Assembly: GCF_006345805.1 (NCBI RefSeq)
Contig: NC_043013.1
Location: 43,338,001-43,402,000, forward strand
Length of the DNA: 64,000 nucleotides
Source of the DNA: Octopus sinensis
Taxonomy: Eukaryota
Direction of reading: 5' to 3'
Under the pieces are notes generated by a model. The model saw nothing but the letters and a program-made list of their open reading frames with translations. It had not been told where the DNA came from and ran no database searches. Made by a program: the position numbers and the translations under genes. Shown piece by piece: positions 11,505 through 25,099 of this stretch (its first letter is position 1; the number at the start of each line of letters is the position of its first letter).

Positions 11505-14500
11505 CATATATATATTTTTTTTTTCCATGACTTCAACGCAAAGGTTGGACATGGACGACAAGGAGAGGAGTACGTCGGGAGATTTGGCATGGGAGAGAGA
11601 AACGAGAGAGGAGAACATTTGGCTACCATGGCAGAGGCGAGGCAGCTCTACATCGGAAACAGCCTATTCAGGAAGAGGGAGAGGAAGAGATGGACTTGGA
11701 TATCGCCGAACTCTAAGCACCGAAGTGAGATCGACTACATCCTGGTTGATAAGCGATGCATATCGCATGACGTGTCCAAGTCTACAACGAGGCAAAGCTG
11801 CAGGAAGCCATCATGCAGGAAGGACTGGTGCCAAGGAGACGACATAGACGATGACTACAACTCACTGATAGGGAAACTGAAGGAGTGTTTAAGGAAGGCT
11901 AAGGTGTATGCCCAAGAGAAAAGAAGGAAGAAATCTCGAAGAAACTACGAAGTTACTCGAGAAGAGGAAAAATATGAAGAGGACTATGAAGATCACCTTG
12001 AATATTCCATTCTCAGCAGAGTGATTCGTCAGCAACTAAAGAAAGACTTTGAGGCATACCGGATGGAGAAGCAAGAGGGACATGGTACTATATAGATCGG
12101 AGGTGACGGCCCTGAAAAATACAGATGGAATACCGGTCAACAAGAAGAGCGAGATGGAAAAAGTTTGTGAAGACTTCTACACCAAGCTCTTTAAGTCTAC
12201 CAGAAATGTCCAGCCGTTACCACCACTCCAACAGGAAGAAAACGTGCCACCTATCCTTGTCAGTGAGGTTGAAAGAGCCATCGGCTCGATGAAAAACGGA
12301 AAGGCTCCAGGGAAAGACGGTATAACATCGGAGGTGCTAAAGTCAGGCAGAGAGCAGCTCTGGAAAATCCTCGCTGATCGATTTACGCACTATCTAGACA
12401 AGGGAAGAATTCCCTCGCAGTGGAGAGTCAAATACCATCCTGCTGTATAAGAAGGGCGACAGAGAATATCTAAAGAACTACCGACCCATATGCCTCCTGT
12501 CTCACGTGTACAAGCTGTTCACGAAGATAATTCTGAACAGGTTGTCACGTCGTCTCGACGAACAACAACCGAGGGAGCAAGCAGGCTTCCGGAAGAACTA
12601 CAGCACAATGGACCATATATTTGCCCTAACGCAACTGCTTGAGCAAGCAAATGAGTACAAGCTGCCTTTTTGCGTTGCGTTTATAGATTATGAGAAGGCC
12701 TTCGATAGCGTCGAAACCAACGCAGTGCTGAACTCGCTGCAGAGGCAAGGAATCGAATCGCAATATGTGCAGCTGCTCAGAGAGGCAAATTCCGGATGCA
12801 CCACCGACATAGCTCTACTGTCATCACCCATACGAGTGCCAGTCGAGAAGGGAGTGAAGCAAGGAGATACAATCTCCCCAAAACTTTTTACTGCATGTCT
12901 CGAACAGATCATCAGAGGCATCGAATGGCAAGGTGGTGTCAACATCAATGGCGAGCTCCTCACTCACCTCCGTTTCGCTGACGACATCGTACTCATCGCT
13001 GAAAACATGGATCAGCTTCAGACCATGCTGACGGAGCTCGACATCAAAAGTTCTGCAGTAGATCTCAAGATGAACCGCATGAAAACAAAGTTCATGCGGT
13101 CAGACAACGTACCAACAGGTCGAATGGTGATCTGCAGTGATGAAATAGAGGAGGTGAGAGAATATGTCTACCTGGGACAGGAAGTAAATATGTGCCGGGA
13201 TATCAAAAAGGAGATCTCACGGAGAGTAAGGGCCGGATGGAAGGCGTTCAATGGCATAAGGGATGTGCTCAAGGGAAGGTTGGACAGGACCACCCGCGCA
13301 ATGTTATATGGTAGTGAAACATGGGCTACCACAAAGAGAGAAGAGCAAAGACTGATAACGGCTCAAAGAGCCATGGAAAGGTCAATGCTTGGTATCTCGT
13401 TGAGAGAGCACATAAATAACAAGATCATCAGAAAGAAGTCCGGCGTGAGAGATGTCATCGCAGAGTATACTCGCAGCAAGTATAGATGGGCTGGACACAT
13501 CGCCCGGCTCACCGATAATCGGTGGACGCACGCAGTTACCGAGTGGTACCCGCATGAGCAGAAAAGACCACCCGGAAGACCTCCACGACGGTGGAGTGAC
13601 GATTTCAAGAGGACGATTGGGATCACGTGGATGAGAAAGGCGCGATCCAGAGAGGAGTGGACAGCGTGCTGTGACCAGCGGTGTCAAATGGACGCCTGAC
13701 GGACTGGTCGGTCAAAGTGATCAAAGTGATATATATATTTTATATTTTATCTAGTTTCAGCTCACGAGCTGTGGCCATGCTGGGGCATATATATATATAT
13801 ATATGTGTGTGTATTTTTACATGCTTGCATGGATTGGACAGAAATTGTCAAGGTAGATTTTTTACAGTTGGATGCCTTTCCTGTTACCAACCTTCACCAA
13901 TTTCCAAATAAGGAAATATTTCCCCATGACATGGAAAACTGGAAACAAAGGGCACAGCTCATACGACAAGGCTTCTTTCAGTTTCTGCCAACCAAACCCA
14001 CTCACAAGGCTTTGGTTGGTCCAAGGCTATAGTAGAAGACACTTGTTCAAGGAGCCATGTGGTGGGACTGAACCCAGAATCATGTAGCTGAGAAGCAAAC
14101 ATCTTAACCACCCAGCCAATACACCATGTGGCATTGTTCCATCCATGTTAACAGAGCTGCTCCGTTACTGTTCTTGCTGTCATAAATACTGTGAACGAGT
14201 GATTGCTCATTAGAAAACTTTGTCCAATCATGCCATTGTCCACAAAATCTGATACAAAATATAATAAAAACAGCCACAAAAGATATCCTTCAAATTGTTA
14301 CCTTCATAGAAGACTTTAGCAAACTGTATCATCTCCATGAGACCTAAACGGATGACGGCTGCCTTTGTATTGTCCCCAAAGCCAAGGCCATCGGCAATAC
14401 CAGCACCAACTGCAACTATGTTCTGAAATTAGATAAAAGTGACAACCATTTTGAATAAAAAAATAAATAAATAAAATAATAATAATAATAATAATAATAA

Positions 14501-16794
14501 TCACCATCACCGCCAGATGCAGTTTGAAGTCTTACCCAGGACAAATCATGCTCAGAGTTTCAGCGGGAACACAAGTTCACATGTGGTCCCTGGTCACATG
14601 CAAACACACTTTGGGATAGAGAGATCTGTAGCAGTTCATCTTGCCATCAACTGTTGACTGCCACAGAGGATTCACTGACCAAGGCATTGCAGGTTATCGG
14701 AGCAGATGCAGTCTGGATGTGAAGTGGGAGGTTAACATGCCAGTCAACCCACGGCTGGGACCCTAACAAGTGTCACTACTGTGAGTCAGGGTAGACTTAG
14801 GAACAATAGTGAATAAGAGGTAGTTCCATCCTCCCTCAAAACCTTGGAATTCCCATCCCAAGGGCCCACTACAGGATACAGTTCAAAGTCTTACCCGGGA
14901 CAAATGTTAATTAGTACCAAAAGGTGTTAATTGGTAGGTGCAGGCATGGCTGTGTGGTAAGAAGCTTGCTTCCCAGCCACATGGCTCTGGGTTCAGTCCC
15001 ACTGGGTGGCACCTTTGACAAGTATTTTCTACTATAGCCTCGGGCCGACCAAAGCCTTTTGAGTGGATTTGGTTGACAGTAACTGAAAGAAGCCTGTCGT
15101 ACATATATATGTATATATAATATATATATATATATATAATATATATATCATCATCATCATCATCGTTTAACGTCCGTTTTCCGTGCTAGCACGTGTTGGA
15201 CGGTTTGACCGGAGTCTGGGAAGCCAGGAGGCTGCACCAGGCTCCAGTCTGATCTGGCAGTGTTTCTACAGCTGGATGCCCTTCCTAACGCCAACCACTC
15301 CGCGAGTGTAGTAGGTGCTTTTTACGTGCCACCGGCACAGGTGCCAGGGGAGTCTGGCAGCGGCCACAATCGGTTGATGCTTTTAACGTGCCACCGGCAC
15401 AGAAGCCAGCCTAGGCGACGCTGGCATCGGCCACGTTCGGATGGTGCTTTTTACGTGCCACCAGCACAGAAGCCAGTCGAGGCGGCGCTGGCATCAGTCA
15501 CGTTCGGATGGTGCTTTTTATGTGCCACCGGCACAGGTATCACAACTACTATTTCCATTCATATTTATTTCGATGTTCATGTACTTGACTCAGTAGGTCT
15601 CCTCAAGCACAGCAGGATGTTCTGAAATCCAAGGTACTTTGAATGGGCAGGGGCTATGCAGAACCGGTGCAGTAAGCAGCCCAGGTCTTTGCAGTCACAG
15701 CATATATATAAAGTATGGGGTTTTAGTTCACAGGTGATCTAAACGATTAGGTATGCTAAGTAAGTACTAAACAGATTACTAGGGCTCCAAGGTTGTAGCC
15801 GCAATGGTAGTTATGGAGCCATTGCAGACTTCCGATATAGCAGATGTATAATTCTTTAATAACGTATGACTTGATATGTTTGCCTTGCCTTAACATTTGT
15901 TGTCCTCTTTAACAATTACATGTGTGTGTGTGTGTGTGTCTTTCTGTCAATGGTTGTTCCCATCACCATTCAACAACCAGTATTGGTGTGTTTGTATTCC
16001 TTTAACTTCGCAGTTTGGCAAAAGAGACCAATAGAATAAGTACCAGGCTTTAAAAATAAAGTACTGAGGTCGATTCATTCAACTAAAAATTCTTCAAAGT
16101 GGTGCCCCAGCATGGCCACAGTCTAACGACTGAAACAAGTAAAAGATAAAAGATCAAAAGCTTTAATTATAAACGATAACGAGATAGCAACAAGAACACA
16201 GAGACAAGAGAGCAACGTATACTCACTTTCAGGGCTCCGCATATTTCAACAGTTTCACAGTCGGACACACAGACTATCCGAAAATAGTCAGTTTGGAAGC
16301 AATCCTTCAGAACCAAACTCATCTCCGGGTCGGTGCAACCTGGAACAGACATTTCAAGATTATTGAAACCCTAATTCAGAGTGACACATTCCAGTAAGGG
16401 TGACAGAGAAAGAGAAAAACAAAATGACATTTAATTATAATTGTTGTTCTTATTAGAGCTCATTAGATTCGGAGTTCAGATACTATCAAAGTCAACACTG
16501 CTTTTCATCTTTACAGGATTGATAAACCAAAATACCAGTGATATACTAGGATCAATGTAATAGACAAACCTCTAAAATTGCTGCTCTTGTACCAAATTTC
16601 AAACTAGTATTTTATTGCTATTATTATTAATAGGTGCAGGAGTGGCTGTGTGGTAAGTAGCTTGCTTACCAACCACATGGTTCCAGGTTCATTCCCACTG
16701 TGTGGCACCTTGGGCAAGGGTCTTCTACTATAGCCTCGGGTCGACCAAAGCCTTGTGAGAGGATTTGGAAGACAGAAACTGAAAGAAGCCCATC

Positions 16795-16826
<32 letters not shown>

Positions 16827-19800
16827 CTGTGTTTGTCCCCCAAACATCGCTTGACAACCAATGCTAGTGTGTTTACGTCCTCGTAACTTAGCGGTTCAGC
16901 AAAAGAGACTGATAGAATAAGTACTAGGCTTACAAAAGAATAAGTCTTGGGGTCGATTTGCTCGACTAAAGGCGGTGCTCCAGCATGGCCACAGTCAAAA
17001 TGACTGAAACAAGTAAAGAGTAAAGCAGTGAGCTGGCAGAATCATTAGCACACAAGACAAAATGCTTAGCAGCATTTCGTCTGTCTTCAGGTTCTGAGTT
17101 CAAATTCTGCTGAGGTTGATTTTGCCTTTCATCCTTTCAGAGTCGATAAATTAAGTACCAGTGAAACACTGGGGTCAATGTAATCAACTAGTCCTCTTCC
17201 CCCAAAATTTCAGGCCTTGTGCTCTTAGTAGAAAGGATTATTATTAAGGCGGCAAGCTGACAGGATCATTAGCACAGCAGATAAAATGCTTAGCAGTTCA
17301 AATTCCACCAAGGTTGACTTAGCCTTTCATCATTTTGGGATTGATAAAATAAGTACCAGTTGAACACTGGGTGTCGAGGAAATCGACAAGCCCCTTCCCC
17401 AAACCTTGCAAGCCTTTTGCCAAAATTGGCAACCATTATTATTCTTATTATCTATTCCACCAAGGTTGACTTTGCCTTTCGTTCTTTCGGGGTCGATGAA
17501 ATGAGTACCAGTTACATACTGGGGTCGATGTAATCAACTAGCCCCCTCTCCACAAAATTTCAGGTTAGGGTCTCAGCATCATGATCGTAAGATTGTGGTT
17601 CCAATTCCTGGACCGAGCAACGCATTGTGTTCTTGAGCAAAACACTTCATTTCACATTGCTCCAGTCCACTCAGCCGGCAAAAATGAGTAACGCTGCAAT
17701 GGACTGGCGTCCCGTCCAGCTGGAGAACACATGCGCCATTGAGACCGGGAAACCTAGCCCATGAGCCTGGCTAGGCTTTAAAAGGGTGCGAAAAAAAAAT
17801 ATTACTATTATATTAATCACATAATCGATCTCTCCCTCCCCTCAAAATTATAGACTGGTTAGAAAAGATCACTAAATTGTCAGAATCATTAGGGTATTGA
17901 AGAAAATGCCTTGGCACGTAAAAAGCACCCACTACACTCATGGAGTGGTTGGCGTTAGGAAGGGCATCCAGCCGTAGAAACACTGCCAGATCTGACTGGG
18001 CTTGATGAAGCCTTCCGGCTTCACAGACCCCAGTTGAACCGTCCAACCCATGCTAGCATGGAGAACGGACGCTAAATGATGATGATGATGATGATGATGA
18101 TGTAGTATATATTTTGACATTTTACATTCAGAGTTCAAATCCTGATGAGGTCAAACTTTGCTTTTCATCCTTTCAGGATTGATAACATAAAATACCAGTC
18201 AAATTCTGGGGTCAATGATACTGATTTACCTTCACCCAGCTGACCTTGTGACTGAGTCCCTTGCCAGTCAGGATGATGCTGGATCTGTGGGTTTCCTTAA
18301 CTAGCCCTTGTTGGAGTCTCTCCTGTATAAGGAAGACTGCATCAGCCATGCTTTCATATATTTTGTGTACCATCAATAACATTTCTCACCTCCAACCCAT
18401 TTTTATGTAAATCCCTACTCAAATTGCAACCTGTCTTTGAAAATGTTCCCCTCACCTGATCCCAATGAGGCAAATAAAAATTACTGTTGTTGTTGTTTAG
18501 ATGGTTAGGGTGGGGCAGAATTTGCAGTGTGGCGAGTTGGCAGAATCGTTAGCACGCTGGGTGAAATGCTGAGCGGTATTTTGTCTGTCTTTAATGTTCT
18601 GAGTTCAAATTCCGCCGAGGTCGACTTTACCTTTCATCTTTTCGGGGTTGATAAATTAAGTAACAGTTACGCACTGGGGTCGATATAATCGACTTAATCC
18701 GTTTGTCTGTCCTTGTTTGTCCTCTGTGTTTAGCCCCTTGTGGAAATAGGTGTTTCATCTGCCGTTACGTTCTGAGTTCAAATTCCGTCATGGTTGACTG
18801 CCTTTTCTCCTTTCAGGGGTCGATAAATTAAGTACCAGTTATGCACTGGAGTCAATGTAATCAACTTAATGTCCTTGTTTGTCTCTTCTATGTTTAGCCC
18901 TTGTGGGCAATAAAGAAATAAGAATCTGCAGTGTGGCAGAGAAAATGCCTTGCTGTATTGAATTGTGTTAAAATTATATCCTTTTACATTCCATGTGCAA
19001 ATTCCAACATCAACCCTAAATAAGCAAATCTATGACTAAAGGCTTACCAGTTATGGCCATACTGTCTTTTTTTTTTTTTTTTTTACCTAAGCAACATAAT
19101 CCAATGTGTTCTACATGTTAGAAAAAACAATGCTTTCTGAATGAAATTTGGCTGCTATTTCTAACATGTATGTCCACATACAGGAACCCTCATTGGCTCA
19201 GCTTATTATGGTTTCATGCATGAGTATGAAACATATAACTCAGATATGAAAAAGAGGATGTTGTGACATTCATAACTTTCCCAACAAGGAGTCATAACAC
19301 AAGTGGGGTAACTAACACAAATGATTTTTTTAGGGGCTGGTTTACTGTTATTCTTTTACCATACACACTAACAGCAACAGCAACACTGACCCAATGAGGA
19401 AGATTCTACATGGCTATATCATCTGCATGAAATAGCAGTCAAATCCTACTTAATTTACACTCTACAATCTTTAAAAAGGAATGACACATCAAATAATGTA
19501 GTCTTAAATCAATGCCTTTCAATCAGCAGGTCATGACACTAAAATATTACAGGTGTGTGGAGAATCTATACAGGTGTTACACTGATTAAGGTGATTGAAA
19601 TTTAAACACACCTGTTTTGCCAACAGGTTTTTACTCCCACACAGAAGCTCAACTGCATAATTAATTGAAAGAAAGTAGAGTATATCTAAAGCAGGTTACC
19701 TGATGCTTAGTGCAACAAAGGTGTGACACCGTCCCTAAAAAGGTGTAAAGTACTCTCCTACATACAAAATATTTGAACAGAATCAGAAATGGTCACAGCT

Positions 19801-20806
19801 AGAAGATCTTTGTTCTTCGAGTCAAACAATAACATTACTAAACTGAGGACCATCTTCAGAGCTTTTGAATATTGTAGAAATAAACTGTGTGGACAGCAAG
19901 AAGGATGTAGCCTGACCTTACTGTTACCCAGCAACCTACATAATCAACAATTACCTGCTGCAGTGCATCATACTAACTGAAGTGTGTCACATCAGGGTGG
20001 ATGGTTCTAATTGACAACACACCCAAGAAGTAACTCTTTTACTTGTTTCAGTCATTTGACTATGGCCATGCTGGAGCACCGTCTTTTTTTAGTCGAGCAA
20101 ATCAACCCCAGGACTTATTCTTTGGAAGCCTAGTACTTATTCTATCAGTCTCTTTTGTCAAACCACTAAGTTACGGGGACGTAAACACACCAGCATCGGT
20201 TGTCAAGCGATGTTGGGGGAACAAACACAGATACACAAAGACACACACACACACATATACATATATATACGATGGGCTTCTTTCAGTTTCCTTCTACCAA
20301 ATCCACTCACAAGGCTTTGGTCGGCCCGAGGCTATAGTAGAAGACACTTGCCCAAGGTGCCACACAGTGGGACTGAACCCGGAACAATGTGGTTGATAAA
20401 CAAGCTACTTACCACACAGCCACTCATTCCCATTGCATGAAACCTTATGCAATTGTCTTCTACTATAGCCCCAGGCCCACCAAAGACTCGTGAGCGAATT
20501 TGATAGACGGAAACTGAAAGAAGCCCATCATCTAACACCAATATTTCACCACAGCCAGCAGCACCAAGACCATCTTCTTCCCAACACTCATCGTTATGCA
20601 CAGAGACCGTTTCCTTACCGATGGTAGATTCACAGTAGTTCTCCTCAGCCACTTCATTAGCAATGTTAGCTCCCATCAACACAGCACAGGGGATGTTTAG
20701 AACGGACGAGACGACCTCGGAAATCAAACGAATTCCGCCCTCTTTCTTCACTTCAAAACCCTGGAAAATATATTTTTAAAAAATAAATAAATAAATAAAA
20801 ATGTTT

Positions 20807-20861
<55 letters not shown>

Positions 20862-20880
20862 CAGCAGCAGTAGCAGCACC

Positions 20881-20925
<45 letters not shown>

Positions 20926-23900
20926 GGTAGTAGTAAAAGTAGTAAAAGTAGTAGTAGTAGTAGTAGTAGTAGCTGCAGCAGCAGTAGTAGTAGGTAAGTA
21001 GTAGCAGCAGTAGTTAACACTGTTTAACCCCAGGTTGACCCTATCTGAGCAGACCTACATTGAAAAGTGTTCCATCTGTGTGGAATAAATATTTTAAATG
21101 AGAAGTAAATATTTATTCCCAAATTCTGGCACAAAGCCAGCAGTTTTAGGAGAGGGGCTAAGTTGGTTACATAAAGAGAGGGAGAGAGAGAGAAATATAT
21201 TATTATGCAATAAGGTGTCAAGCTGGCAGAATTGTTAACTGGCCAAATGCTTAGCATTTTGCCTGTTTTTACATTCTGAGTTCAAATTCTACCAGGGTCG
21301 ACTTTGCTTTTTATCCTTTTGAGGTCGATAAAATGAGTACCAGTTGAACACAGGATTTAACGTAATAGACTTAACCCACTCTTTCGAAATTCCTGGCCTT
21401 GTACCAAAGTTTGAAAATCAATGTTTTGTTATGTAATGTAAAAGTATGTAAATATGTTGGGCCAGTGTTATACACTAAGCAAACTAGGTGATCATCTGGG
21501 ACATGGAAATCATGGGCACCACATGGAATTTATACAAAATTTCACAGGCATGGAATGGATAGTCAAGAAACTCACTTTGCAACCTCATGGTTTTGAATTC
21601 AGTTCCACAGGACAACACTTTGGACAAGTGTCTTCTGTTGTAGCCTTGAGCCAAACAATACCAGGTCAGCGAATTCGGTAGCCAGAAATAATATGGAAAC
21701 CTGTCATGTGTGTGTATACGTGTTTGTGTGTGTGTGTGTGTGTGTGTATGTCCAGCCCCCACCACCACCATTTGACAACTGGTGTTGGTTTGTATATGTC
21801 CCTGTGCCTTCCTGATCTTGATGCCTGCTTCTGAACTGCTCATCCAACCACCTAAGTACTTGAAGTTTCCAACAACAATCAATTTAGAACAGCTCAGGTA
21901 AAGACAGCAGCAACTACCTGGTCATTGCATGCACCACCCTGAACTGGAAGCATCCAAATTAGTCTTGTGGCATCCACTTCATGGTGACGTAGGAAGAGGA
22001 AAACATTGTCCCACCTTAAATTGACCAGCTGATCGCAGACACTGGCCTGGAATGTATTCAGGACCTCAAGGCAGTGATGTTAGACCAAGAAGTGTGGCAG
22101 TTGGACTAAGTCAATAAAAAAGACCTCAGTGCTCGACTGGTACTTGTTTTATTGAGAAAAGCAGAAAAAGACAGCCCAGAGTTGAGAACAAAACAGAAAA
22201 ATTGCTGATGGCCTCTAGTGCATAGGGAGCGAAGGGTTATGTAAGTAAGTACAGTCACACCACTGGAAAGGATATGGGGAATCATTTAGAAGAAAAGAAG
22301 CCCACCTTGATTAACGAGACGGCTATGGCATTGTTTTTGATGTTTCCTTTGAGTGCCGTACATATTCCTCGTACAAACTGATGAGGGATGACGAATATCA
22401 AAATATCAGCATCAGCAGCAGCTTCTTTCACATCTGGGACAGCAACCTGGAACAGAGAGAAGAAAAGACAAATATTTTATAGATGGCCAGTGGTAGGGTA
22501 AAGTCACTGTGTGTTCGTGGGAAAGAGACTTCTAGAATGTTAGTGGAAGATGTAAAAAATTAAATCAATACATCAAATGAGCCTCCTGTCATATAAACAC
22601 ACATCTATGTGTACATATATGTGTAAGCATGTATATAGAGTGTTGTATACACCACACAAATATACATTCAATTGTTTAACCCTGTAGCATTCAAACTAAC
22701 CATTATCTTCAATTATCTTTAAACTGGCCAGATCCAACCTCTCACACTTACACTACAATGTTATTCTAAAAATTAACAATCACATCATTGAAATCTCAAA
22801 GCTACAAGGTAAGGCATGACTAATTCATGACAATGTGAATAAATAGACATTGCATTTGACAAAGAAATCTGAATGCTAAAGGATTAAGCTGATGATTTAT
22901 TCCAACACTCCTTAAAAAAATTTTGCCTTTATGTACAGGGACACAATCCTTTTATCCGGAACCCTTAGGGACAGCTGTGTTCTGAATTTCGGATTTTTCT
23001 GGATTTCAGAACAAAAGCCAGCTGCCCCAGATTGTAACCTAGACATCAAAACTGACGTCCTACTACGGTAACAAATGCACATGTATACGTATCCACAATC
23101 AGTGGGGAGAATAAATAGTTGTACTGGTAAATGAAATAATGAGATAATTAAGATCACAAATGAAATACATCTAGTGGGATAATTTAAAATCGAAATACAT
23201 GATTCACAAGTTCAGGTATACAAATTACCATAATATTTGGATCTTTACGGTTTGACCGGCAGTTTTTTAAAATAATTTCCACGTAACTAAACACTTTTAA
23301 ACTTTGTATACTGGTAGAATGTGTTTATAAAACATCTTTTTCTCTTGGCTTTATTGAGAAAATTCCATAGTTTGTAAGATATTTGTTGTTTCTTTTCTTC
23401 AATTTCTGCAATTTCAACCAATCAATGACGTCTATTGAGGTGAAAACATTCTGTGCCGTATGAATATGTCCCTTGTTTAAGAAACAGATTGGGTTTATTT
23501 ACATTTCTGAAGAAAAAAAAGATACCCTTCCCCCCACCCCTAACCCTAAAACAGATTGAAATGCAATAGATCGATAATAGGGTCATAATTATGGGTGACA
23601 CTTTCACATGACACCGCTAGAAAAAACTGCCGTTCAAACAGAAAAGATCCCAATAGTATTTCTGTATAGAAACCCGTAAGTATTCACACTAATTTGAATA
23701 ATAAAATACTACAAATATGAATACAGTTTATTTATATGCTAAATCCATAAATTGGTTCAACTTAGGCCAAATATGTAGCTGCAGTTAAATTGTAGAAGAG
23801 GGTCCATCAGTGTCACCACCATCTTCATCACGTTGCAGGCAAATTTCTGATGATGGGCCAGGAACGGAATTCTCAAATGATAAAGTAACACTACGAGAGA

Positions 23901-25064
23901 GGGCATTTTGAAAGACTTCTTCAAGTGTCTTCTGTCTCATTAGCATAGGTTTCTGTCTTAACGATGTCTTTTTAATTGAGTAAACACCCATAATCTGTTG
24001 CTCACTGATAAATGCACCTTGTTCAAGACCAGCTATTAACTGATCACAAATTTTCACCATATCGTCTATGGGAATTTTTCCACCTGTTCTTCTCTGTATC
24101 ATCATCGCTACTCTCTTCATTCTTATCCATATCTAACACCATTTCAGCAATCTCCCCATCGCTCAAGGAATGCACGACAGGTGCATCATTGTCAATGTTT
24201 AGCATTTCTTCAATGTCCGCTTCTTCTAGATCACTTACACTTATGCGCGATAAACTTTTAGTGTAAGTTACAAATTTTGATATCATCTTTCCACTGCTTT
24301 TATGAACAAGTACACAAACCTTGTCACCACCATGCATGCGTGCGTGCATTAGTAATGGTAATACATGTATCCTTAATCACAGACAGTAATTTTATATTTC
24401 AAAATTTACTAACAACTTGAAAGATATCTCACCAATAAAAAAGCAGTAAACTTTAAAATATAGTATAACATTTCTATATTTAAGAGATGAGAAATTATTT
24501 ACATTATTTACATTATTTACATTCGATGGATATTTGTCCTCATCTTGTTTGTTGTTAACACAACATTTCGGCTGATATACCCTCCAGTCTTCTTCAGGTG
24601 TCTTGGGGAAATTTTGAACCTGGGTTCTCATTCTTAAGGTACTTTTTGATGTTATTATTATTGTTATTATTATTATTATTATTATTATCATTATTATTAT
24701 TATTGAGTGAGAAAGCAGTGCATGCCATCAAAGTGACACTGGGGTAAAATATACGAAGCCCGGTATACCCATCATGACTACCCGTCTGATAAGAGTACAC
24801 CAGGCACATGTATCACAACCATGTGCATGACATGGTGATCTCATATCAAGATAAATAGCACATGACTTTGCAGGTGGGGCCCAGTTAGAATTTTCTTCTG
24901 GTCGAGTAGTCCATCCCGCTCAAAAGGTCCCTGAATAATATTATTATTATTATTACTATTATTATTATTATCATTATTATTATTATCATTATTATTATTA
25001 TCATTATTATTATTGGGCTACTAACCCCAAGAATCTGAGTTCGATTCCAAGCCATAACCTGAAC

Positions 25065-25099
<35 letters not shown>

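Noticed and set aside
12506-13699. 397-aa RT as a domesticated gene or retron-like system
   Set aside because: Upstream frames are frameshifted, the element is truncated with deletions, and it has a normal LINE tail; it is an ordinary dead retrotransposon copy
20748-21020. Poly-Leu and poly-Val ORFs (also poly-Ile, Asn and YI ORFs at 24885-25314, 55232-55426, 59114-59580)
   Set aside because: Microsatellite translations
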